Source of the DNA: Octopus vulgaris
Lineage: Eukaryota
Length of the DNA: 64,000 nucleotides
Direction of reading: 5' to 3'
Assembly (NCBI GenBank): GCA_951406725.2
Contig: OX597815.1
Location: 104,470,001 to 104,534,000 of the forward strand
Of this stretch, positions 39,576 through 53,411 are shown piece after piece (within the stretch, counting starts at the first letter, position 1; every line of letters starts with the position of its first letter). The notes beneath the pieces were generated by a model, which had not been told where the DNA came from, did no database searches, and saw only the letters and a program-made list of their open reading frames with translations. The position numbers and the translations under genes are program-made.

Positions 39576-40571
39576 GAATTATTATCTCCTTTACATTCCA
39601 TCATCACTTTATTACCTCCATTATCCTAGTTATATTTAAATTTTCAATTTGATAATTAATACTCTTATATTTTGTTTACATACATTTTACATTAATATCT
39701 TGAGCATAAATACAGCTTTAATACTGATAAGTTTTATATAGACTTTCACTTATACCTATATGCAGATCTGTCATATATGTTAGAGTGAACTCATGTCCAC
39801 TAGATGTGAGAGCATAGGCTGGACTCTGATAGCCTCTTAGTATTTTTAGCATTCAGTTGAACACTATACGGAAACTTTTTAATATGGAAAAACAAAGCCT
39901 AAGACCAGAAAAGCAAAAGTTATATTTAAAGCTCCTAGTTTCCATCACCTAATCTTGCAATGGTTTAATAGCAAAATGAATATACATGTTCACTAAATGT
40001 TGTGTTATAGTTTATTTGGTGAGTGTTAAGTTCTATCCCTATGTCAGTAAATTTAATTTATACTCTATTTCAAGTAGAATAATTATGAAGTGTCCCAATT
40101 CTGAGAATAACTAGTAAGAAAATATCCCCAATAGGTACTAAAAGAAATGAGAATAATGTATACATGCACACATTGAATAAAGGTTTTGTTTGGCATTTCT
40201 GAGGATGTTATTATGTAATAAAACACAAGAGATTTTTGAAGAAGGTCAGTAAGGATCTCCAAAAGATGTCTAAAGATGTCTAGAGATGATGAACCGAGAT
40301 GAGAATACTAGTCTAAATACATGTCTATAAAAATGATAATTTCTTTCAGAAATTTTGACAAATATATATATGAGTATGTATGCATGTGTGTGTGTGTATG
40401 TATGCATGTATGTATATGTGTTCGTGCATGTACATATGTGTACATACATTTACATATAAATACATGTATGTGTGTGTATATATATTTATATTCGCATATA
40501 ATTATATACACACATACACACATACTTAGATATATATATTATATTTATATATAATTACATATATATATATA

Positions 40572-41020
40572 AGACTCTACTCCCAGGAGAGAAGATGGGA
40601 AAGGTATGCAGTAATATATATCTGGAAGATTCTGGAAGGAATTGAGTCAAATTTTGGCATTGAAAGCTACATCAATGCCAGAACGGAACGACACTGCATC
40701 GTGCCAAAGATCCCAGCAATGCCATCACACTTCAAGACCAGTTACTGCAACAGCCTGGGTTCCAAGGGCCCACAGCTTTTTAATATTCTCCCAAAGAGTC
40801 TGAGGAACTTGCACAAAGTAGATGTAGGGGTTTTTAAATCAAAGCTGGACCTCTTCCTGTCGAGAGTCCCAGATGAACATACCTCATTGCAAGAGGTAGT
40901 TATATCAAACTCCATTCTTCACCAAGTGCCACATATTAGAGGAGGCTCTTAGTAATAACAGTGTAGCAAAATGGCGGTGCATCAGCATGGCCGCAGCTCT
41001 GAGCTGAAACTAAAAAGAAA
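40572..41020 (+). mobile_element. CR1-group LINE 3' end
   Basis: RRWERYAVIYIWKILEG..KGPQLFNILPKSLRN..FKSKLDLFLSRVPDE; same family as 56130-56715. Confidence 0.85.
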
Positions 41021-41046
41021 AAAAAATACATATACACATATAATTA

Positions 41047-41082
<36 letters not shown>

Positions 41083-41249
41083 TACACACACACACACATA
41101 TATATATATATATGGGAAGTATTGGTATCTAGTAGACCAAAAGAGTGTCAGGTAACACTAAGTAAGTGCTATGGACAGACCATTCGTTGAACTCTTGGTT
41201 CGATAGTGATATGAGTGAGGAGTCTAATGTGGGTCTTGTATTAGCATGC

Positions 41250-41497
41250 ATATATATATTAGAGAGAATGAAATAACAAAATCAAGGCTGTGAGGAGTTT
41301 TCAGGACATTTATAAGGAAATAGTCTTGCAGCTGTTTCAGAGAAGGTGTGAGAAGACTAAATATAACTTTCTCACACCATCTCTGATGAAGGGATATCCA
41401 TATTATCCCAGAAACAGCTGTAAGACTATTTCCTTATAAATGTCCTGAAAACTCCTCACAGCCTTGGCTTTGTTATTATATTCTCTCTAATATATAT
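41250..41497 (+). mobile_element. PLE-type terminal repeat with tail-to-tail inverted copy
   Basis: Arms 41250-41354 and 41369-41497; (TA)n flanks; intact HHR in the right arm. Confidence 0.85.
41380..41425 (+). ncRNA. Type I minimal hammerhead ribozyme
   Basis: tct-CTGATGA-a-gggata(tccatat)tatccc-a-GAAA-cagctg-TA-aga; palindromic stem/loop III ACAGCTGT. Confidence 0.85.
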
Positions 41498-41539
41498 ATA
41501 TATATATATATATGGAGAGAGAGAGAGAGAGAGATAGAG

Positions 41540-41824
41540 AGGTCGTTGCCAGTGCCACTGGACTGGCTCCTATGCAGGTGGCATGTAAAAAACACCATTT
41601 GAGCGTGGCTGTGGCCAGTACTGCCTGACTGGTCCTTGTGCCGGTGGCACATAAAAGCACCCACTACGCTCTCAGAATGGTTGGCATTAGGAAGGGCATC
41701 CAGTTGTAGAAACTCTGCCAGATCAAGATTGGAGCCTGGTGCTGCCATATGATTTGCCAGTTCTCAGTCAAATCATCCAACCCACACTAGCATGGAAAGC
41801 AGACGTTAAACAATGATGATGAGG

Positions 41825-41832
<8 letters not shown>
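41540..41832 (+). mobile_element. RTE LINE 3'UTR
   Basis: Same UTR as 14960-15347, (GAT)n tail. Confidence 0.85.
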
Positions 41833-41857
<25 letters not shown>

Positions 41858-42305
41858 TACATATAATTATACATATAATATTTATTCAAAAGTGTGCCAG
41901 CATGAGTTGCTAATCAATTTTTTATTCCTGTTCCTCTGATATGCCTGAAGGTAAGCAACTCACACAGACTCATGTTTGAATAAATAATATTATTTCACTC
42001 TAGCTAACATAATTAAGTAGTTTCTCACTTAATCGCATTCAGTTCCTGTGTCAAACCAGCATCAAATATATACATGTATACACACACACACATGAGGAGC
42101 AAAAGGAAACACATGTAAATGAATAAAAGAAAAATGTTTCTAAGTAAGTGGAGTATCATACAAAAATAAAAGAGTAAAATTTTTTATATGTGCTGTATAC
42201 TGGATCCAAAATTTTTTAACTGATCTATCAATATCAATTAAAAACATTCCATTTTTTCTTTTGATGTTTCAGATATATATATTTAGTAACTTCATAGTAT
42301 GTCAG

Positions 42306-42386
42306 GAAAATGCATATACTCTTCCACATTGAAAATGCATATACTCTTCCACATTGAAAATGCATATACTCTTCCACATTGAAAAT
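42306..42386. repeat. Perfect 25-bp tandem repeat, 3.2 units
   Basis: gaaaatgcatatactcttccacatt at 42306, 42331 and 42356. Confidence 0.95.
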
Positions 42387-42763
42387 TTATGTATTATTTC
42401 CTTTGAGAGTAAAGGAATAGAAGTGGTGTTTTGGGTAGATTTTTATCAATGTGTATCTTTCTATTTTACTTTAAAACCCACAGATTTTCTTTCATATGTA
42501 AACAAGTCTTTGGTTATCTTAAAATATATTGGACTAAAGAAAAGAATAATATCAGTTCAGTTTCTTTCTTTTGCCTTTAAATGGTGAAATAAAATAAACA
42601 AAACATATAAAATAAGCATAAGAAGAGACACGATTGAGTTTTAAGTAAATTTGTTGAAAGAACATCAGCCTTATGGACGAGAGGTTGGTAAGAGAAGAAG
42701 TAGCATATTATATGTCAGTTAAGAATGTTAAAGATGGCGGAGCAGGTGAGAGAGCTAACTGGA

Positions 42764-42775
42764 ATAATAATAGTA

Positions 42776-42806
<31 letters not shown>

Positions 42807-42807
42807 T

Positions 42808-42863
<56 letters not shown>

Positions 42864-42915
42864 TGATAACGTTAATAATAATAGCATTAATAATAATAAC
42901 AATAATAATCATAAT
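42764..42915. repeat. (AAT)n microsatellite
   Basis: Seen directly. Confidence 0.95.
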
Positions 42916-43480
42916 GAAATATAACAATAAGTGGGAGAGGAGAAGAAGGAGGTAAAGGAGAATGCAACAGAACCAATAGATCTGATGAGAGAGAGAGAGA
43001 GAGAGAGAGAAGAAGAAGAAGAAGAAGAATTGTGCAGTTCAAGAGAGGTGTCTTATTCTTTCTTTTGAATAGCAGATATTTGAAATGCTCTTTAAGTCCA
43101 GAATTACATTTCACTGCTGTTAGTCAAGCTTGACAGAACTAATGTCCGACAATACTTTTCAGTGATATCTGCTTTAATATCTGAAGTATTTTGCAACATC
43201 TGTAAATTGTGACTTTTTCTTTTTCTGTTTGGGAATTTGAATAACTGAATTCTTTCCAACAAAACCATTATTATTTATATTGCATTAGAATGTAACAAAT
43301 TTGTATAAAATTGAGTTTATCAGTAAATGTTACTGCATGAATACAAACACATACATACACACATATGCACACACACACACATATTTATATGTATGTATAT
43401 ATAAATATACATGCATACATATATACTTACATATATATATACATGCATACATATATATTTACACCCACACACACACATGC

Positions 43481-43558
<78 letters not shown>

Positions 43559-44972
43559 GCATATTGGCAATCATTGACACAAATTAAACCAGACAAAGAG
43601 AATGATTTAAGAATTCCATAACAAGAGTCCTCATGGAAATGAGAAGCTAAATATACATAAATCAATAAATCTATTCATTCAATTTGAATATTGTTAGGGA
43701 GAAATTTTATTTATTTTGTATATTTATTATTACTTCTTATTGATGTTAGGAAGTTAAGTTTTAAAGATAGGAAAAAGTACATTCAGTGATTGCAAGGAGA
43801 GAGATTTCCTCTTTTACATTTTGACCAATGTGTTTGCCAAATTGATAGAAAATTTTCTTTCACACTTTAACAACAATGGTTTTGAAGATTTTTGAGAAAA
43901 TCTATGAAATACAACAGATAAGTTAAGAATTTCACGAAAGTTATGTCCTTAAGTAAAAGAATGTACCAATAACTTAATGAAAACTAATATAAAGAACCTT
44001 TGGATTATTATTTAAATCTGTTACATCTCCAAATAACAGAGAAATTTATTTATAATTTGAATTAGCATTTAACTTCAAAATAATTTTACATTTTAAATTC
44101 ATAAAAAAATTTTGTTTTCATAAATGCTTTACTGTTTTAATTAATGTTCTTATTAAGGACTCATTAGTTATTAATCATTAGGAATTTCAATAATTGGAAT
44201 GGTTTTGCTTGGAAGGAAACTAATCTTAAAACTGTTAACTCTTATTTATGTAAAACGCAGATCGGTGAGTGAATAATGGTTGGATGGATTGGTCAACTTC
44301 TCTCTCTGTAGAACATTGATCAGCACTGCTACTATAAAATTATCTTCCTTCCCTTGGTTCTCCATTTTTGCTTGGTAAAGCAAACTTCTTCATTGGACAG
44401 ACAAAGAATTAACAAAAATTACAAAAAAAAAAAAAATGTCTGTCTCTCTCTCTCACTCTTTTTCTTTTTTCTCTCTCTCTGCCTACCTGCCTGCCTGCCT
44501 GCCTGCCTGCCTATTTGTTTGATTGATAGATTGATTGATTGATTAATTGAGTGAATTATATGATTGTTGAACTGCTTGACTGACGTCTTGTTTGTCTGGT
44601 GGTAAATGAGCATTTTTGTTAATGTTGGAAATGTGTGATAGATACATGTTCATTCAGTGAAGAACTTAAGTGAATTGTAATAATAGAAGCATTAATAATA
44701 ATAATGATAAGAATTGTTTTATGGGAGAAAACTATTGTAATTATTATGTCTGTTGCTATTGTGATTGTAGAATTACTGTAGTAGTAGTAGTAGTAATAGT
44801 AGTAGTAGTAGTAGTAGTAGTAGTTGTAGTGGCAGTAGTGGTGGAGTTGGTGTACGTGGTGGATGTATGTTAATTAGAATAAATGATTATGTAGTTATGG
44901 TAGTTATTATCAGTAGAAGTAGGAGTAGTGTCACTGGATGTCAGCCCAGTGGTGACAGCTGTCTTAACTCAC

Positions 44973-45038
44973 ATAATACACACTGTACGTAGGTGTTGTT
45001 TGACCCTCCATCTTCCACACGGCTGTCGTCCTCAGCAT
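44973..45038 (-). CDS. Candidate 66-nt internal exon of an unidentified host gene
   Basis: tctttgtttgcattgcag|ATGCTG..GTATTAT|gtgagt; length divisible by 3; two open frames (xAEDDSRVEDGGSNNTYVQCVL or MLRTTAVWKMEGQTTPTYSVYY); lies in a GC- and CpG-richer non-repetitive island. Confidence 0.5.
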
Positions 45039-45349
45039 CTGCAATGCAAACAAAGATGCGGAGACTGGAATGTCAGAAATAGGTCCATTTCAGGGACTTA
45101 GTAGGCCTGTCACCAACGGGCACCGATCTGCGTGTTACAAATAGAATTCAAACTTAGGTTGTAAAATGTAGAATAATCTCTATAGAAACTATATTTGTGA
45201 ATTTGGTAGGATTATTGAGTTTAAGTCTTAATAGGACCTGTGAGACGAGACAACCAGTCCCGCAGATACAAGCAGTCATTTGGTGACAAAGCAAGTGACA
45301 AAGCAGTGACAAAATTTTAATAATGAAATCTTGGAAATAAAATTTTCAA

Positions 45350-45525
<176 letters not shown>

Positions 45526-45832
45526 GCGCACAGTTATGATATGAAGTAATGAAGTAATGAAGCAATGATATGACAGAAATCTTTTTCAAAAATAAAAAAA
45601 ATGGAAGTTTTTTCATTCTAATTACTGAACATATACATAAATTAAAAGTTATGATTTAGATTAGAATGTCTTTGAAACAGAAGAAAAATATTTCTGTGTA
45701 TAAACAAAATGAGAAACTAAAGAAAAGATCTTAGTTCCACTTCATTCAAATGGTATAGTCATTGCAGATTATTGTAACTAAAAAGGTGTTTTATATATTT
45801 GCTATCTAAAAAACAATAATGTGTGTAAATCA

Positions 45833-46081
<249 letters not shown>

Positions 46082-47124
46082 ATGATGATAAATGAAGAAA
46101 GAAACCTATGTTTTTTTAAAGAAATGAGATGGAACAAAAGATTTTATGGTGAAATTAAATAAATCATAAATGAACATAATTGAGAAAATATTTTATCCAT
46201 TATTATCATTATCATCAAATATCCTTTTTTTTTAATTATCTATCTCTTTCTTTTTATATTTATTATTTTTTTTAAATTCAGTATAATTGCTCTCATTCAA
46301 ATAAGAACAAAATGTAAAATAAAAAGTTCAGATAAAAAGTTTTGTAAAAATATATTCAGTATGATATGAGATGAAATCAGTGAGAAAATCAAATGATTTA
46401 CGTTATCATAGATATGCAATTATATAAACATTTTATATCAATGTGTTTTTATTATTTTTTTTTTTACTAAGTGAAAGTTAAATGAAAATATCATTTAATA
46501 AACACTGGCTGAAAAACAACAATAAACAAAACCACAGTGATGCTCTATTATTGTAATCAGATCAAGAAAATTAAATTCTTTTATGAACTGTAGTTTATTT
46601 TCAAGTAGAAGAAAAGAAGGATTATAAAGAATTTTATGATCTAAATGTTCATTTATCACATGACAGCTACATCAATACATAGAGGGAGAGAAGAAACATT
46701 TAACAACATATACATACAATTATGGGAATATATCACAAGGATTTGGAATTTTTGTGTATTGGGAAGGAAACATGGGATATAAATGGCACACAACAATTAC
46801 AATCAAATGAAGCATCATTTGGGAAAAAATAAAAGACAAGCAGAAAATAACAGAACTAATGTGGTTTACATAATGTGTTAAAAAGAAGGTAAGATGGTGG
46901 TAATGTAGAACAAATATAAGCAAATGAATGGTGAGATAAACCATAATGAAGAAAGTATAATCAAATGAGAAGTTACTTAAGCTCCATTAATAGTTGATGT
47001 ATTAGAGATGCATGCATGTATGTATGAATGCAAGCATATATACATACACTCACAGACACATGCACTTACATACATACACACATACATACACACATGCATA
47101 CAGACACATGCACACGTACGTACA

Positions 47125-47158
<34 letters not shown>

Positions 47159-47329
47159 CATACATACATACATACATACATACATACATCTTTCAAATGT
47201 TCTGAAGATTTCCTTGTAGATGTTGATAGTTTTTGTTATTCAAGTGACTTAATTATCAGTGAAGGGGTATATTTTGAAAGCATAGTACTCTGAGGAAGAA
47301 CATGGTGGAAAAAGTTCAGAACACTAAAA

Positions 47330-47830
47330 GCTTTGGAGGAAACAAAGAAGGTTTCTCTCTATTGAAAGGTGATTGTAGGATACCTGCGTGCAAAATGCAG
47401 TGTTGCATGGTAGCAATACATGGCATTGAATGAGGAAGATATATGAAGGCATGAAATTTAATGGCAATCATTTTTGATAGATGTGTAATGCTAGTATGCA
47501 TGAATGACTGAACCCAAATGAACTGAGAGAAAAGTGGTATCTGAAGAATTAAATGTGGTCTGCAAGAGAAAAGACCATATTGGTACAGACATGTGATATG
47601 TATAGAGGATGGCAGTTGGGTAAAAAAGTGTTAAGTAATCCAAGTAGAAGGAATCTATATAAGTGGAAGATCAAAGAAGACATGGGAAGAAATAATAAGA
47701 GCTGATCTCAGAAGGCTGAACCTCAAAGAGCATAATAAAGAGATGCATCAAGCAGCAAGATGCTGTACTATATAATCCAACCAACCTATGCAGATACTGA
47801 AAACTCAGATGCAAAACAAAAGATGATGGA
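47330..47830 (+). mobile_element. Old RTE LINE 3' fragment
   Basis: GFSLLKGDC.., WYRHV..EDGSWVKKC..VEG..GRSKKTWEE, tail ccaacctatgc. Confidence 0.75.
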
Positions 47831-47843
47831 ACTGTTTATTACA

Positions 47844-47879
<36 letters not shown>

Positions 47880-48424
47880 GTGATGGTGATGATGGTGATG
47901 ATGATGATGGCGGTGATGGTGGTGGTGGTGGTGGTGGTGGTGGTGGTGATGTATGTATTATTAAATAAATTTTATTTAACATTATATGATTAATAAAATA
48001 TTCTCAAATAAGGAAAAAATAAATCAAAGTGCAAGATGCAAACTGAAAAGGGAATATAATATCAAGTGGTGAGTGGTGTAATATAAATTGTCTAGCAATA
48101 TGTGAACAGATGATATAAGCTTGAGGAAACATAAGGATAATAAGAGCACAGATGAATTAAGCTACAGATAAAGTGAGCTACAGATGAAGTAAGCTGCTGC
48201 AAGGGATTATAACAGTGAATGCATTGATATTGACATGATCATGCAAAGAGAAATATCAAGCAACAGATGATGAAAGTAAATATTTAGCAAAAGAAATACA
48301 AACAAAAACTAACAGTGTGTTATAGTTAAACAATAGTGAATAACTTATGTAACCTATCCATGAAAATATTAAGACAAGAGATTATATAAGATATATTAAG
48401 AAAATAAAAAGTGATTGTTTCAAG

Positions 48425-48662
48425 CCCACCAGTTCATTAGGCTGGAGTTTACCCCAGTTTTTAAGGCATTTAAGCAACTGATAGTACAAACTGCTCCCTG
48501 AATAGAATCTCATTCTGTCATAGAGTAAATTCCCAGTAGCTGCTGCCACTGATTTTCCTGTGACTGGACCAAAGCAATGTGAAATGAAGTAACTTAGTCA
48601 AAGACACAATGATCACAGTCTTGTGATCAAAGTATGAGCCCACACCATAACCACAAGGCCAT
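48425..48662 (-). mobile_element. Old tRNA/CORE-type SINE
   Basis: gcaatgtgaaatgaagtaacttagtcaaagacacaa..accataaccacaaggcca. Confidence 0.5.
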
Positions 48663-49039
48663 TTGCATGGTTAGCATGTTGAGTTAAATTGATTAGACTG
48701 TAGCAATGTTTATGAAATAAATGGCTAGCTCTCATCTGATGAGAATTACAATAATAAAAATGTTGGATGACAATTATGGAACTATGTATAATATAGATCA
48801 AATGAAGAACAAATAATGATCTAAGAGGTAAATGTTTGCATATGTCCTTACATAACAAGAAGGAGGGTTGTTTATTACATTCTACTTGATATGACATGGA
48901 GTAAGTAACTGCTACTAATAAATAAGTACCACTTGATATGACATGGAGTGAATAGCTGAAAATCATTCCAAAATTTATTATACAACTAAATGATTCTAAA
49001 CTAAGAGTAGTTTTTCATGGTAATTTTATGTAATCATTT

Positions 49040-49245
49040 CTACTATAGGCACAAAGCTTGAAATTTTGGGGAAAGAGGATAGTCAGTTACTTAGAACCCA
49101 GTGCTCAACTGGTATTTTATCAACCTTGAAAAGATGAAAGGCAAAGCTGACTTTGGTGGAATTTGAATTTAGAATGTAAAGCTGGAAGAAATGTCATTAA
49201 GGATTTTGTCTGGCATGGTAACAATTCTGCCAACTCATCATCTTA
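49040..49245 (-). mobile_element. SINE family A
   Basis: Aligns to 5222-5440. Confidence 0.8.
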
Positions 49246-49484
49246 GTAATAATAATGAGGATGATGATAACGATGAAGATAATACTTATAAATATTAATC
49301 TCTTACATGTATGCATTCATGTGCAGAACTACATGTCAGTGTATATGGATTAAAGTAATCATTTATGACTTTATACACTCCTTACATATGTGTGTGTGTG
49401 TGTATGTGTGGTGTGTGGTGTGTATATTATATGTATATAAATATGTATGTGTGTTTATATATGCCTACAGACATGTAGGAATAC

Positions 49485-50060
49485 AGGTGTGAAAAATGGT
49501 GGAGAAAATAGCACTCAGATGTCAAAGTTAGAGTAAAATAAAGTGTTTTATTGAAGGTGAAACATTTCACAAACTGTTGCCCAGAATTTCATGTAATTGA
49601 TGATCAAATTAAAGTGAATTGTTATAATAATGTAGTGGTTTATAAATATTAATAAATGAAACAGTAATAATTATTTAGCAATTTATGAGATAAACATTTA
49701 AAGTTGATTGGATATGGGGTGGTTATCATTCTTCAAAATTGCTAGAAATGGTAGGATGAAAACGACTGACTGCTGATGAAAAATAATTTAATCATTAGAA
49801 ATTAGTCAAAGTCAAAATTAAAACCAGATTAAATAGTTCACATTTACATATGGTAACAAGCATAATAATTGCAATCCATCTTGGAAAGAGCAAGCCCATA
49901 CAGGCATAAATCCTACCCTCACTTTATGAAATATCTGCTATGCTTAAGCAAGAAATATTTTATATTGTTTCAGGATAATTCAGTCTTGAATTGAAAGTAT
50001 GGACTATTGAACTATTGTAGACATTCTTTGACATTTTTGATTTCAAGACCTTTACTGTCA
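49485..50060 (+). mobile_element. Decayed Penelope-like element (GIY-YIG C-terminal region)
   Basis: KYLLCLSKKYFI at ~49930-49965 resembles the PLE CxLCLxEKxFI motif. Confidence 0.4.
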
Positions 50061-51263
50061 AATGATTAATGTATAAAACCATCCCCCATTATTACATATG
50101 TTTTTTTAAGTTCTTTTGTTATTACTTTGAATGTGTTGGACATATTTTCCCACTTTTGCACTTGTATTGTTTCCTTCCAACCATTGCATTCGATCTTTAT
50201 TCATTTTTTTCTCCTTTTAATTTTTCCTTTTACCTTTTAGTTTTCATTAGGTCTTTCAATGACCCTTTATATGTAATGCTGATGTTTAGCACGTTACTCT
50301 TATTATATTATTATTCTATTGTAGTGTTTCTTTTAGCACTCCAACTTTGAATTGATTTGATTGATTTCTTTTTACATATCCTCAAATATATTTTCTCCAT
50401 CTCCTTACATATTTCAAAACTGAATTTTATGTCTTATTTTGATTGAATTTTATTCTGTCTCTGTGTATCTGTGTTTGATTTGTATTTCCTTCACACCCTA
50501 CAAGTAGGATGCAATGGAAATCTGCCTTTAGGCTTATATCAATCTAATTTCCGTACTAAATATCTTTTCTACTCCTACCTATCTCTCCTGTGTACATCTA
50601 TATGTATATATATATATATTTGTTTCTTATCCATAATTCTAGATACAAAATATTGATTTTTCTTTCTCTTTCCCTCTTTTGCTTTTCTCTTTTCTGTCAC
50701 ATTTTCTTTCTCATTTTCCTTTTTCCCTTTCTTCTCTGCCTGCCATGAGCATTCCACAAACTCCACTGATACTCATTCACCATTGTCTTAGTTTTATTTT
50801 AACAAAATAATTTGCAAAATATTTTTCTTAAACTCTTGATTTCTAAGATGACTTCCTTCTTCACTGCAATATGTATAAGCAAATTATTTATTCAGGTTTT
50901 AATATAACTTTGATTCATTTTTAATGCATATATTATGTATTTTTAATGGTTAGTTATTTTCAGATTCCAGTAATTTTGAAAGTGATATGCCTCTGTCCAG
51001 TCAGCTTTCAGTGTTTATTTAGTGAGATACTAAATAATTATCAGTTATGTTTATAAGTATTTATAAACCATCATATTATTCCAACAGTTCTCTTCTCTAA
51101 GATTGTCAGTTACATGAATCCCAGTAATCTGCGAAGTTTTTCAACTATAAAATAACAAAGGCAGTTATATGCAATATAAAACCAAAAAGGAAAAACATTC
51201 ATTTATCACTAATTGTAACTGAGAGTGCTGGATGGCACCTATATTGCTAGAAATAAAAGTTGG

Positions 51264-51452
51264 AAAACTCTTAGAACCACAAGAAAACACATTTTCATAT
51301 ACTAACGAGGGAGGTAAGTTACTACTGATGAGCTTGTAATTTTCATGTGAAACTAGACTAGTAAAGTGATCTCACTTGCTGTGGGGTAGTTATCTTCCCT
51401 CTCGGTATAATGTGAAAATGTGCTTCCTTGTGGCTCTAAGGGTTTTTCTATT

Positions 51453-51455
<3 letters not shown>
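51264..51455 (+). mobile_element. PLE-type terminal repeat with inverted tail copy
   Basis: Arms ~51264-51317 and 51389-51448, followed by (TA)n. Confidence 0.7.
51319..51364 (+). ncRNA. Type I minimal hammerhead with mutated cleavage triplet
   Basis: ttacta-CTGATGA-gc..gt-GAAA-ctag-AC-tagtaa; GUC expected, GAC seen. Confidence 0.6.
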
Positions 51456-51500
<45 letters not shown>

Positions 51501-51549
51501 AATAAACACATACACAAACACAAATATATATGCATATACCTATAAATAT

Positions 51550-51725
51550 ATGTTTCAAATTTTCAAATTTGGTGGGTGGAGTTAAGTCAGTTACAATGAC
51601 TACAGTACTCAACTGGTACTTGTCTTATCAACTCCAAAAGGATGACCTCAGTGGAATTTGAACTCAGTATAAAGATGGATGAAATACTGTTCAGTATTTT
51701 GCTTCGCATGCTCATGATTCCATAA
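51550..51725 (-). mobile_element. SINE family A
   Basis: caactggtactt..gtggaatttgaactcag. Confidence 0.7.
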
Positions 51726-51727
51726 GC

Positions 51728-52266
51728 CTATGCTGTGACTGAGAAGACCCAGGAAATAAAGTGTGTTCACAGCTATAACCTACAATAGCATCGCATAACC
51801 AGCCCACTCAAAAATACCTTGAATTGTAGGGTGATATGCAGTGCTTGAAGAGACCTATCGAGTCAAGTACATCAGCATCAACATCAAAATCAAATCAAAT
51901 CAAATTACAATAAAATGGAAATTGTAGTTGTGACCCTCGTGCCGGTGGCACATAAAAAGCACCATCTGAATGTGACCGATGCCAGTGCTGCCTTGACTGG
52001 CTTCCATGTCAGTGACACGTAAAATGCACCATCCTATTGTGGTCGATGTTAGCTCCTCAGGTCCCTGTGCTGGTGGCATGTAAAAAGCACCCACTACACT
52101 CTTGGAGTGGTTGGTGTAAGGAAGGGCATCCAGCTGTAGAAATACTGCTAGATCAGATTGTGGCCTGGTGCAGCCTCCTGGCTGCCCAGACCCCAGTCGA
52201 ATCATCCCACCCATGCCAACATGGAAAACGCGTTAAATGATGATAATGATGATGATGATGATGATA
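51728..52266 (+). mobile_element. RTE LINE extreme 3' end
   Basis: gctgtgactgagaagacc ORF end plus UTR and (GAT)n. Confidence 0.85.
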
Positions 52267-52307
52267 TGTGTATATATATATATATATGTAAATAATTACA
52301 TACATAC

Positions 52308-52470
52308 AGTGCAGGCATGGCTCTGTGGTTAAGAAGTTTGTTTCCCATTCATACATTTCTGATTCAGTCCCACTGTATAGCAAACTAGACAAATATCTTC
52401 TACTATAGCCCCAGATTGATCAAACCTCTTGTGACAGGATTTGGTAGACAAAAACTGAAACTGGCCTGTC
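52308..52470 (+). mobile_element. SINE family B
   Basis: gcaggcatggctctgtggttaagaag..gattcagtcccactg..tcttctactatagcc..tttggtagac. Confidence 0.8.
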
Positions 52471-53050
52471 TCATACATGCATGCAAATATACATACACAC
52501 AAATACATACACCCATAAATACATATATAAAGATAGTAACATTAACATCAGATGTGCAGGCATAGAGGACCATTTAAAATTTCTTTTTGGACATTTTCTT
52601 CTAAATTTATGCCAACTCCTCCAGCCTAAATCAGTAATTGGTTTATTTCTCCAATGTAAATAAGCACCTTTTACTTAGCAACATAGCATAATTCAGACTG
52701 GATTTTAAAAAAATATAACTTATTCTATGTCTATGTGGAATTTTGCTAACATGATCATGGCTAAAATTAATAACACCACTGACATAAACAGCATTACACC
52801 ACCAGTAAGGTATCTGAGAAGACGTGAGCACTCCTCTCATTTTATTTGAACTCTACATCTAAACCGAGATCTGCTTCAATGCTACAAAAAAGCTCATAAA
52901 AAGCCTTCTGTCAGATATATGAAGTGGTTAAAACAAAAAACTGGGATGAAGCTCACCACAACTTAAGTACCTTTACTGCAAAATAGCTTTGGCAACAAGC
53001 ATCTTCCTTTAAAAACAAAATGCCTTGCTCTCATAAATCGACCTCAAAAC

Positions 53051-53097
<47 letters not shown>

Positions 53098-53132
53098 GTG
53101 TGTATGTGTATGTGTGCATGTGTGTGTATATA

Positions 53133-53317
53133 CAAGTGGGTGCTGAAAAGTTCCTGGTCTGAGGGCCAACTTTCTGAGTTCTTTTACAGGGCTTAGAAAA
53201 GCTGAAGGACCACTGCACTAAGTCTGTGTGTCTGAGAGGGGAATGAATAAAATTGTAATTAACTGATCCTCCTGTATTTTCTTTTACCCAAAGCCTGGAA
53301 CTTTTCAGCATCCCTTG
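53133..53317 (+). mobile_element. Mariner-derived MITE (internal deletion)
   Basis: TIRs caagtgggtgctgaaaagttcc and ggaacttttcagcatcccttg, TA on both sides; internal GLEKLKDHCTKSVCLRG resembles a transposase C-terminus. Confidence 0.85.
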
Positions 53318-53411
53318 TATATATAGACCATTTTCAGTCATATGACTGTAGCTAAGTTGAGGCTATGCTGGGGCCAAACTGGGGCACTACTATGAATATA
53401 TATATATATAT

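Noticed and set aside
42306-42386. 25-bp direct repeats as a CRISPR array
   Set aside because: Head-to-tail with no spacers; eukaryotic context
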